From an uncultured Rickettsiales bacterium (GTDB lineage Bacteria > Pseudomonadota > Alphaproteobacteria > Rs-D84): 64,000 bases of DNA. The stretch covers positions 18,227-82,226 of the forward strand of contig URSJ01000003.1 in NCBI GenBank assembly GCA_900550495.1, in the 5' to 3' direction. The notes beneath the pieces are model-generated. The model saw only the letters and a program-made list of their open reading frames with translations, searched no databases and had not been told where the DNA came from. Every line of letters starts with the position of its first letter. Positions within the stretch are counted from its first letter, which is position 1. Both the position numbers and the translations under genes were made by a program. Positions 20,831 to 28,050 of the stretch are shown one piece after another.

Positions 20831-23488
20831 ATGAGCAATAAATGGGTATATACTTTCGGCAATGGTGCTGCTGAAGGTCGCGCAGATATGCGTAATCTGT
20901 TGGGTGGCAAGGGCGCAAATTTGGCCGAAATGAATTTGGTCGGATTGCCGGTTCCTGCGGGTTTTACTGTGACAACCGACGTCTGCACGTATTACTATAA
21001 CAACAATGAAACATATCCAACCGATTTGATGGACCAGGTGCACGCAGGTATTGCACATATTGAATCTATTATGGGTAAAAAATTCGCAGATATGAATAAC
21101 CCTTTGCTGGTTTCTGTGCGATCTGGTGCGCGCGTTTCTATGCCTGGTATGATGGATACTGTTTTGAACCTGGGGTTGAACGATGAAACAGTCAAGGCAT
21201 TGGCGCGTCATTCGGGCAACGAACGTTTTGCATACGATTCATATCGCCGTTTTATCATGATGTTTTCTGATGTTGTGTTGGGGGCCGATATCAATCTGTT
21301 TGAACACAAACTGGAAGAAATGAAGGAATCCAAAGGTTACAAGGTTGACACCGAACTGACCGCGGAAGATTTGAAAGAATTGGTTGAACAGTTCAAACAA
21401 ATCGGTGTTCAAATTGGCAAAGTTTTTCCCCAAGACCCATGGGAACAGTTGCAACTGGGTATCGGTGCAGTGTTTGGCAGTTGGATGAGCAAAAAGGCCA
21501 TCACATATCGCAAACTGAACAATATTCCGGGCGATTGGGGAACCGCAGTCAACGTCCAGGCGATGGTGTTCGGTAATTCGGGCGAAGACAGCGCAACCGG
21601 TGTATGTTTCAGCCGTGACCCAGCCACCGGGGAAAACAAATATTATGGTGAATATTTAATTAATGCCCAGGGTGAAGACGTTGTCGCGGGTATCCGCACC
21701 CCACAACCGATGAGCAAAGATGATTCTGGTCGTCTGTCATTGGAAGAAGCAATGCCGGCTGTCTATAAAGAATTGTGCGATGTTCGTGAAAGACTGGAAC
21801 AGCATTACAAAGATATGCAGGATATGGAATTCACAATTGAACATGGCAAACTGTGGATGTTGCAATGCCGTAATGGTAAACGCACTGCGGCGGCCGCAGT
21901 TCGTATGGCGGTTGAAATGGTGAACGAAGGTCTGTTGACCAAAGAAGAAGCAATTTTGCGCGTTGGTGCAGACCAGTTAAATCATTTGTTACACCCGATG
22001 CTGGACCCTAAAGCCACACGTGATGTAATTGCGATTGGGTTGCCAGCGTCCCCTGGGGCCGCTGTTGGCCAGGCCGTATTTAATGCCGAAGATGCTGAAA
22101 AGTGGGCGTCCGAAGGTAAAAAGGTTATGCTGATTCGCGTTGAAACGTCGCCTGAAGATATCGCGGGTATGAACGCCGCCCAGGGGGTTATCACGGCGCG
22201 TGGTGGAATGACATCGCACGCGGCTGTGGTTGCACGTGGTATGGGGACACCATGCGTGTCGGGGTCACCGGACATAAAAATTGATTATACAACAAAAACA
22301 TTGACCACAACCGCCGGTGTTGTTATCCACGAAGGCGATTGGGTATCCATTGATGGCGCCCAGGGGCAGATTATTCGTGGCGCAGTTCCAACTGTATCTG
22401 TGGAATTGACCGGTAATTTCGGCACATTGATGCAGTGGGTTGATGAAATCAAAACACTGACGGTCAAGGCAAATGCTGAAACACCAAAGGATGCAAAACA
22501 GGCGCGTGATTTCGGTGCCGAAGGTATTGGTCTGGCACGAACAGAACATATGTTCTTTGACCCGTCCCGTATTCAAGATATGCGCGAAATGATTCTGGCC
22601 GATGACGAGGCAGGTCGTCGTGCAGCGTTGGCAAAATTGTTGCCATATCAGAAAGCGGACTTCATTGAATTGTTCAAGATTATGGACGGCCTGCCGGTCA
22701 CAGTTCGTCTGATTGATCCACCACTCCATGAATTCTTGCCACACACCGATGCAGAAGTCGCAGAATTGGCGGCGCATATTGGTAAAACTGTTGAGTTCGT
22801 AAAATCACGTCGCGAAGCATTGCGCGAAACTAATCCAATGTTGGGGCATCGTGGTTGCAGACTTGCGATTACATACCCAGAAATCTGTGAAATGCAGACA
22901 CGTGCGATTTTGTCGGCTGCATTGGAATGTCAGGCGGCAGGTGTTTCTGTTCGTCCAGAAATCGAAGTACCATTGGTTGGTTCGAAAAAAGAAGTAGATA
23001 TCGTCAAAGCCGTTATTGACGCGACTGCCCAAGAATTGTTTGCCGAAACGGGCAAGTCAATCGCATACACTGTTGGTTCAATGATTGAATTGCCGCGTGC
23101 GACAATATTGGCTGACGAAATCGCCGAAAGTTGCGAATTCTTTGAATTCGGAACAAACGATTTGACCCAGACGACATTAGGCATGTCCCGTGATGATACT
23201 GGTAAAATTTTGGACGAATATCGTGCACGCGGCGTGTATGTCGCAGACCCATTCGCATCTGTTGACCAGTTGGGCGTTGGACTGTTGATAAAGGACGCTG
23301 TTGCCAAGGCGCGTGCGACCAAGGGCGATAAAATCCACTTGGGCGTTTGCGGCGAACACGGTGGCGATCCAGATTCTATTGAATTCTTTCATAAAATTGG
23401 ATTTAATTCAGTATCGTGCAGTCCGTTCCGCGTGCCAATCGCACGTTTGGCGGCCGCACAAGCAGCGGTTAAATTCCCACGTAAATAA
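20831..23488 (+). CDS. ppdK: Pyruvate, phosphate dikinase
   Basis: MSNKWVYTFG..GGKGANLAEM.., phospho-His motif GGMTSHAAVVARGMG, C-terminal ..LGVCGEHGGDP... Start ATG 20831 follows the Shine-Dalgarno; the track extension from 20516 is rejected. Confidence 0.95.
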   Translation: MSNKWVYTFGNGAAEGRADMRNLLGGKGANLAEMNLVGLPVPAGFTVTTDVCTYYYNNNETYPTDLMDQVHAGIAHIESIMGKKFADMNNPLLVSVRSGARVSMPGMMDTVLNLGLNDETVKALARHSGNERFAYDSYRRFIMMFSDVVLGADINLFEHKLEEMKESKGYKVDTELTAEDLKELVEQFKQIGVQIGKVFPQDPWEQLQLGIGAVFGSWMSKKAITYRKLNNIPGDWGTAVNVQAMVFGNSGEDSATGVCFSRDPATGENKYYGEYLINAQGEDVVAGIRTPQPMSKDDSGRLSLEEAMPAVYKELCDVRERLEQHYKDMQDMEFTIEHGKLWMLQCRNGKRTAAAAVRMAVEMVNEGLLTKEEAILRVGADQLNHLLHPMLDPKATRDVIAIGLPASPGAAVGQAVFNAEDAEKWASEGKKVMLIRVETSPEDIAGMNAAQGVITARGGMTSHAAVVARGMGTPCVSGSPDIKIDYTTKTLTTTAGVVIHEGDWVSIDGAQGQIIRGAVPTVSVELTGNFGTLMQWVDEIKTLTVKANAETPKDAKQARDFGAEGIGLARTEHMFFDPSRIQDMREMILADDEAGRRAALAKLLPYQKADFIELFKIMDGLPVTVRLIDPPLHEFLPHTDAEVAELAAHIGKTVEFVKSRREALRETNPMLGHRGCRLAITYPEICEMQTRAILSAALECQAAGVSVRPEIEVPLVGSKKEVDIVKAVIDATAQELFAETGKSIAYTVGSMIELPRATILADEIAESCEFFEFGTNDLTQTTLGMSRDDTGKILDEYRARGVYVADPFASVDQLGVGLLIKDAVAKARATKGDKIHLGVCGEHGGDPDSIEFFHKIGFNSVSCSPFRVPIARLAAAQAAVKFPRK

Positions 23489-23515
23489 AAAATGCCCCAC
23501 CCGGGGCATTTTTTA
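23487..23515 (+). terminator. Rho-independent terminator after ppdK
   Basis: ATGCCCC-ACC-CGGGGCAT followed by a T6 tract. Confidence 0.8.
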
Positions 23516-23516
23516 A

Positions 23517-23544
23517 CAGAGAGCAGAGTACAGAGAGCAGAGAG
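23517..23544 (+). repeat. Tandem heptamer array (CAGAGnn) x4
   Basis: cagagag cagagta cagagag cagagag. Shorter versions follow the terminators at 27059 and 27938. Confidence 0.8.
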
Positions 23545-23596
23545 CAATGTTTGTGCTCGCGCGTCCGCTCGCGGCACCATACGTCTGGATCCTATG

Positions 23597-23700
23597 GTCA
23601 AGCCCCAGAATGACAAAGGCTGAATTATGTTTTTTATTTTACGGACATTGTTCAAATTTATGTCGCGGAATTTTTCTTAGGTGTCATTCTGGGGCTTGAC
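23597..23700. repeat. MITE-like unit: 19-bp perfect inverted repeats flanking a ~66-bp AT-rich core
   Basis: gtcaagccccagaatgaca (23597-23615) is the exact reverse complement of tgtcattctggggcttgac (23682-23700). Confidence 0.8.
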
Positions 23701-23761
23701 CCCAGAATCCAGGTGAAAAAAAGTGCGCCGGTGGCGCATTCAAAATTGTCATTCTAAAACT

Positions 23762-23793
23762 ATATCACTCTATCACTTTATCACTTACTCACT
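23762..23793 (-). repeat. Tandem octamer array (nnnTCACT) x4
   Basis: atatcact ctatcact ttatcact tactcact. Confidence 0.85.
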
Positions 23794-23794
23794 T

Positions 23795-23977
23795 TTAAAG
23801 TGCCAGGCTGTGGCGTGTTGCACTGATAAAACTAATCAATTGAAATGTATTTAAAGAATATCGCCCGATGGCCAGGCGTTCGTATTCGCCGGGTGTTAAA
23901 TCCATTGCATTGCACATAAATACAATGGACAATCCCATTTTTTGCCGAATTTGCTCAATCTGAACACCGATTTTCAT
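23795..23977 (-). CDS. Small XRE-type helix-turn-helix protein (tentative)
   Basis: MKIGVQIEQIRQKMGLS..MDLTPGEYERLAIGRYSLN fits an HTH_XRE pattern. Start set at the internal ATG (23977). Confidence 0.45.
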   Translation of the reverse strand: MKIGVQIEQIRQKMGLSIVFMCNAMDLTPGEYERLAIGRYSLNTFQLISFISATRHSLAL

Positions 23978-24266
23978 ATGCGCCCCCAAAAAGAAAACCA
24001 CCAGAAAATCAGGTGGTTGGAGGTTCATAACTATTCAAACGAGATAGTGTGCTTATTCAATATATTCGCACTCCTCCAACCAAGGGGCTGGAGTACTTTT
24101 CGCCGGTCAACACTCGGCGCGTTTGAGAGGTTATGAATTCCCCACAATGGCAACCCGCCATTGCACTGCGATTATACAATGTTTGTGCATGAAAAACAAG
24201 GAAACATTATTTTTTTTCTAAACTTTGGACTTTTATTCTGGGGTGGCTGGGTGTATAATTTTCGGT

Positions 24267-24824
24267 ATGAAAAAAATTGCAATTTTATCGTTGTTATGCG
24301 TGTTGCCAATCGCGGCGGTTGCTACGGAAAACCCAATGTTTGGGCGTGACGCACAAAATTCGCTGGGGCTGTATGTGGCGCAATCCACCGGCGATGGCAC
24401 ATTGTTCAAATTGGTTGAACCGTGGCTGTGGGAATTTTCGCCCCAGACGTTATTTATGTTCCAATATGCTCAACCGGTGGAAATTTTTCGCCTGCCAGCG
24501 CGAATAAATTTTGGGTTGACGCAAAATATCGGCCATCATGGTGGCCATGGTCTGTCGTTCTTTGCTGCTGGTGTGTCGTGGGACGTTGCATTGTTGCAGT
24601 GGCGCGGTTTCTATGCCGGTGTTGGGGTTGGGCCGTATATGCGTGATTCACGCGACCGGTGGGTGTCTTCGCGGTTGGTGTTTGGGGAACGCTTTTTCAT
24701 CGGATATAAAATTGCCGACAATATGACGGTTGAATATTTCACCCAACATTTTTCAAACGGTAATTTCACAGATCCAAATCGTGGATTTAATTTTACTGGG
24801 TTGTCATTTAATTACAGCTTTTAA
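24267..24824 (+). CDS. PagL-like lipid A deacylase / acyloxyacyl hydrolase family outer-membrane protein
   Basis: Signal peptide MKKIAILSLLCVLPIAAVA, 8-strand-sized barrel, H-x-S-N motif (QHFSNGN), C-terminal ..LSFNYSF. Confidence 0.6.
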   Translation: MKKIAILSLLCVLPIAAVATENPMFGRDAQNSLGLYVAQSTGDGTLFKLVEPWLWEFSPQTLFMFQYAQPVEIFRLPARINFGLTQNIGHHGGHGLSFFAAGVSWDVALLQWRGFYAGVGVGPYMRDSRDRWVSSRLVFGERFFIGYKIADNMTVEYFTQHFSNGNFTDPNRGFNFTGLSFNYSF

Positions 24825-24841
24825 TTGCACTCATTTCTTTA

Positions 24842-24870
24842 TTTACAGCACTTGGCAAAAATGTTATAAT
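24842..24870 (+). promoter_or_regulatory. Near-consensus promoter TTTACA-N17-TATAAT (with TGt extension)
   Basis: -35 at 24842-47, -10 at 24865-70. It leaves a structured 5'UTR of roughly 80 nt (depending on the start site) before ATG 24960. Confidence 0.6.
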
Positions 24871-24959
24871 TATGGGTAATAAAGGCGGAGCCTGTTTGGT
24901 GTCTGCCCCGTCAAATAACGGGTTTTCCGGGCGTTTTCCCGGATAACAGGAGAGTATTT

Positions 24960-27029
24960 ATGAAAAGCCGTAACATTGCAGATTGCTGCAAAAATGCTGT
25001 CGGAACAGTTTTCTTGTTGGCTGGCGCATTTTTTGTTTGTTCGACATTGTTATCAATACGCGCGGTATTTGCTGACCCAATTGCGCCGACTGCGGGTGCA
25101 ACGGTGACGGCACAATCGCCACGCACAATCGCCGCATCGCGTCGCGCAACATCGAACGTTGTGTCGCGTGGCACGACCGCAACACCGTCGGCAAACGTCG
25201 GGCGCAATGTTTCGTCGCGTACCATGGTGACCAGTCCGCGCACAACCACTGCCGCGACATCTCGTGGCGTTGTGTCCCGTGCAACTGGTACGTCGCGCAC
25301 AACCACAACATCGCGTAACGTTCGTGCCCGCACCGCAACATCAAGCCAGGCACGCATATCTTTGCAGGGCAGTGCAATTCGTGGCAGCAAGAAATCATCG
25401 CCCACGACATACACATACCTGGCGAATAAACTGTATACCGGCAACTATTCAAACATCATTGATTCAACAACTGGTCTAATTTCAGCCGATGCATACAACA
25501 ACTGTATGGAATCCTATTACACATGTATGGATGAAATCTGCACCGCGCGTAACACGGCGCAGCGTCGTTGTGCATGTGCAGGTCGTGTCAAGGCCTTTGC
25601 CGAAGCGGAAACAGCATTGGAATCAGCAAACGAAGAATTGATAAAAGTGTCTGGTGAATTGGCACTGTTGATTGCGAACAAGGGCAAGGATGTATCTGAT
25701 GCATTCCAGTTGACCGATGCAGAAAAGGTTATGAACTGTGTTTCGTGGCAGGAAGTGACCCAGAAATACGGAACTAATTCTGAACAAGCTATTGCGTGGT
25801 GCAATAACCACTCTATTTATGGCGAAAATGGGAATAAATTGTCCACGTGTGCAAAGCCGTCATATTGCACTGTATCGGGTAATAACTTTGGGTTCGATAT
25901 TGCTAATATTGATGGTTCTTCCAGTGATATTTTGGCGTCACTGCAATCATGGGCAGACGCCAAGGAAAATACATTGACAATTTTGACCGATGATACGGAC
26001 AATTTGACCAGTGCGTTTGACAATCTGTCAAATGTTGTTTCTGGGTTGGCTGGGATTGACGGCGCATTGAGTGACAGTAATAGTTTAAAAGATTCGTTGG
26101 CCCAAACATGGGGATATGAATTGTTTGAATACGCGCACAATAATGTTTGTAACCGCGTATTGGATTCCTGCTTTAATGGCATATACGAGGCGTGCGGAAC
26201 TCCGCCGTCGTCTGGTCGTAAATGTGGTAACGGTGCGTCCCAGTGTCCGTATAATTACAACAGTTATATCAGCGTATCCAATACCGGCACGTATGAACTG
26301 AATTTTATTACGGCAAATTCTGGATATACTGCGTCAAACAGCGCGACTTGTTTTGGATACACTTCATCGTCGGGCGATCCTTATTCAACGTTGCGTGGAC
26401 CTGTGGCTGATGCGCGTCGCAGTATTATGCAAAAGTATGCGCTGGACGCAAACGCAGATTGTGATTCATACGGCGAACAGTTGCGCAAAACAGCCCAGAA
26501 TATAGGCTATCAAAAGGTTGCCGCGCAACAGGCTTTGCAACAAAAACGTTTAGAATTTGTAACCGAAGAAAAGACATCGGTGTTGAATGCCGCGGTTGCA
26601 GCAGGAACGAATTTCAACGAATGTATCAGCGAAATTTACGACTGTTATGAAACCCAGGCAAAGTCAAATGCATCATGGACAACTGCGCGTATCAGAACAT
26701 ATTGCGCCCAGATTGCGAATGTTCCGCATTGCTATGAAGAAATGATTTGCAATCCGTCGAATTCGCCATTCAAGGCCGTTATAGACAAGGCTGATAATGC
26801 CCAGTGCAAGAATACCGTGGATTATACAACCAATACGTGCCGCAATGTTGTTACATTGAACGATATTTTGAATGGCACAGGTGCGACCGAGGCTGTTGAA
26901 TGCAAATTTGGCGATGGCCAGACGTGTGATTCTGCGGCAATGCGCCAGAAATGTTTGTTGGACGCAATCGGAACCGATGGCACCAATACAAATAAAAATG
27001 TTTTACAGACTTGGAAAAAGTCAGAGTAA
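24960..27029 (+). CDS. Secreted protein: Arg/Ser/Thr-rich low-complexity region + CX6C modules + coiled-coil-like segments
   Basis: Signal-anchor/signal peptide ..LLSIRAVFA. R/S/T-rich region at nt 25116-25385 with repeated VVSR-like motifs. Module CMESYYTCMDEIC..RRCAC from nt 25503 is homologous to the 28051 gene. Confidence 0.75.
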   Translation: MKSRNIADCCKNAVGTVFLLAGAFFVCSTLLSIRAVFADPIAPTAGATVTAQSPRTIAASRRATSNVVSRGTTATPSANVGRNVSSRTMVTSPRTTTAATSRGVVSRATGTSRTTTTSRNVRARTATSSQARISLQGSAIRGSKKSSPTTYTYLANKLYTGNYSNIIDSTTGLISADAYNNCMESYYTCMDEICTARNTAQRRCACAGRVKAFAEAETALESANEELIKVSGELALLIANKGKDVSDAFQLTDAEKVMNCVSWQEVTQKYGTNSEQAIAWCNNHSIYGENGNKLSTCAKPSYCTVSGNNFGFDIANIDGSSSDILASLQSWADAKENTLTILTDDTDNLTSAFDNLSNVVSGLAGIDGALSDSNSLKDSLAQTWGYELFEYAHNNVCNRVLDSCFNGIYEACGTPPSSGRKCGNGASQCPYNYNSYISVSNTGTYELNFITANSGYTASNSATCFGYTSSSGDPYSTLRGPVADARRSIMQKYALDANADCDSYGEQLRKTAQNIGYQKVAAQQALQQKRLEFVTEEKTSVLNAAVAAGTNFNECISEIYDCYETQAKSNASWTTARIRTYCAQIANVPHCYEEMICNPSNSPFKAVIDKADNAQCKNTVDYTTNTCRNVVTLNDILNGTGATEAVECKFGDGQTCDSAAMRQKCLLDAIGTDGTNTNKNVLQTWKKSE

Positions 27030-27030
27030 T

Positions 27031-27058
27031 AAAAAACGGGGCACGGCCCCGTTTTTTA
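27031..27058 (+). terminator. Rho-independent terminator
   Basis: ACGGGGC-AC-GGCCCCGT followed by a T6 tract. Confidence 0.8.
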
Positions 27059-27165
27059 TTAGAGAGCAGAGTGCGATGTATTTGCTCGCGCCACTCACAG
27101 CGTCATAGACCTGGATTTTGGGGACGTGGGCTTTTTCGTATGCGTCATCGGCGCACTGTTACTTT

Positions 27166-27197
27166 CTTGTCATTCCTGCCTGCGCAGGAATGACAAG
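27166..27197. repeat. 32-bp palindrome CTTGTCATTCCTGC-ctgc-GCAGGAATGACAAG (same core as the GIY-YIG cassette ends)
   Basis: 14-bp perfect arms with a 4-nt loop. Confidence 0.9.
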
Positions 27198-27254
27198 AAT
27201 AGAAAAAGTGACTTTGCACTATAAATGTCGTCTTGTTGTGGTTTTTCGTCAAAA

Positions 27255-27267
27255 CGCTTGACTTTTT
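27255..27267 (+). promoter_or_regulatory. -35 region of candidate rplU-rpmA promoter (CGCTTGACTTTTT)
   Basis: 13-mer identical to the one upstream of the rRNA operon (12007-12019). The -10 is unclear. Confidence 0.4.
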
Positions 27268-27340
27268 GTAAAAAAATGTTACTTTTGTAGCAAGTTTTAT
27301 ACAAAACGTAGAACAAGAACAATATACAAGAGAAAGAAAT

Positions 27341-27640
27341 ATGAGCAATTTCGCAATCTTTCAAACCGGTGGCAAACAGTATCGTGTCCAAGCGGGCGAT
27401 ATTATCAAGGTTGAAAAACTGGATGCCGAAGGTTCGGTCGAATTTGACCAGGTTTTGATGATTGGTGACAAGGTTGGGACACCGTTTGTTGACGGGGCCA
27501 AGGTTATTGCCACTGTCGTTGAACAGAAACGCGCTGACAAGGTTTTGGTGTTCAAGAAAAAACGCCGCCAGAACTATCGCCGCACACGTGGCCATCGTCA
27601 GTATATCACTGTTGTAAAAATCGCAGAGATTAAAGGCTAA
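27341..27640 (+). CDS. rplU: 50S ribosomal protein L21
   Basis: [27 protein letters not shown]... Confidence 0.95.
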   Translation: MSNFAIFQTGGKQYRVQAGDIIKVEKLDAEGSVEFDQVLMIGDKVGTPFVDGAKVIATVVEQKRADKVLVFKKKRRQNYRRTRGHRQYITVVKIAEIKG

Positions 27641-27651
27641 GGAGTTTAATT

Positions 27652-27912
27652 ATGGCACACAAGAAAGCAGGTTCGGCGACCACTAATGGACGCGACTCGG
27701 CCGGACGCCGTTTAGGTGTTAAAAAATCCGGTGGCAGCCGTGTTATCCCAGGTAATATCATCATTCGCCAGCGTGGCACATCTGTGCACCCGGGCTTGAA
27801 TGTTGGCATGGGCAAGGATCACACATTGTTCGCAAAAATTGCGGGCATTGTGAAGTTCAAAAAAGGTTTTGGTGACCGCAAGACTGTTTCCGTTGAACCT
27901 GAATCCAAATAA
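27652..27912 (+). CDS. rpmA: 50S ribosomal protein L27
   Basis: [42 protein letters not shown]. Confidence 0.95.
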   Translation: MAHKKAGSATTNGRDSAGRRLGVKKSGGSRVIPGNIIIRQRGTSVHPGLNVGMGKDHTLFAKIAGIVKFKKGFGDRKTVSVEPESK

Positions 27913-27937
27913 AAAACGCGCCATCGGCGCGTTTTTT
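27911..27937 (+). terminator. Rho-independent terminator after rpmA
   Basis: ACGCGCC-ATC-GGCGCGT followed by a T6 tract. Confidence 0.8.
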
Positions 27938-27948
27938 ATTAGAGCGCA

Positions 27949-27994
27949 GATAGTAATGAATATGTCCGCAACTGCGGACATATTCATTACTATC
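27949..27994. repeat. 46-bp perfect palindrome (22-bp arms)
   Basis: gatagtaatgaatatgtccgca-ac-tgcggacatattcattactatc. Confidence 0.95.
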
Positions 27995-28029
27995 TTATGT
28001 TAACTTTGAACTTTTATGTAGCGGGGACT

Positions 28030-28040
28030 TGTGATATAAT
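28030..28040 (+). promoter_or_regulatory. Extended -10 element TGTGATATAAT
   Basis: The hexamer ends 10 nt before ATG 28051, so the leader is very short or absent. Confidence 0.5.
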
Positions 28041-28050
28041 TAGACAGAGA

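Noticed and set aside
24029-24266. Possible ncRNA (SRP, 6S or a riboswitch) in the 240-bp gap between the XRE-like ORF and the PagL-like gene.
   Set aside because: I recognised no conserved ncRNA motif by eye. The region probably holds divergent promoters. It would need an Rfam scan.
24911-25452. Long antisense ORFs over the Arg/Ser/Thr-rich regions (24911..25444, 24958..25452, and likewise 28014..28663).
   Set aside because: They are created by the CGN/ACN/GCN-rich repetitive coding sequence of the plus-strand genes. There are no independent start signals.
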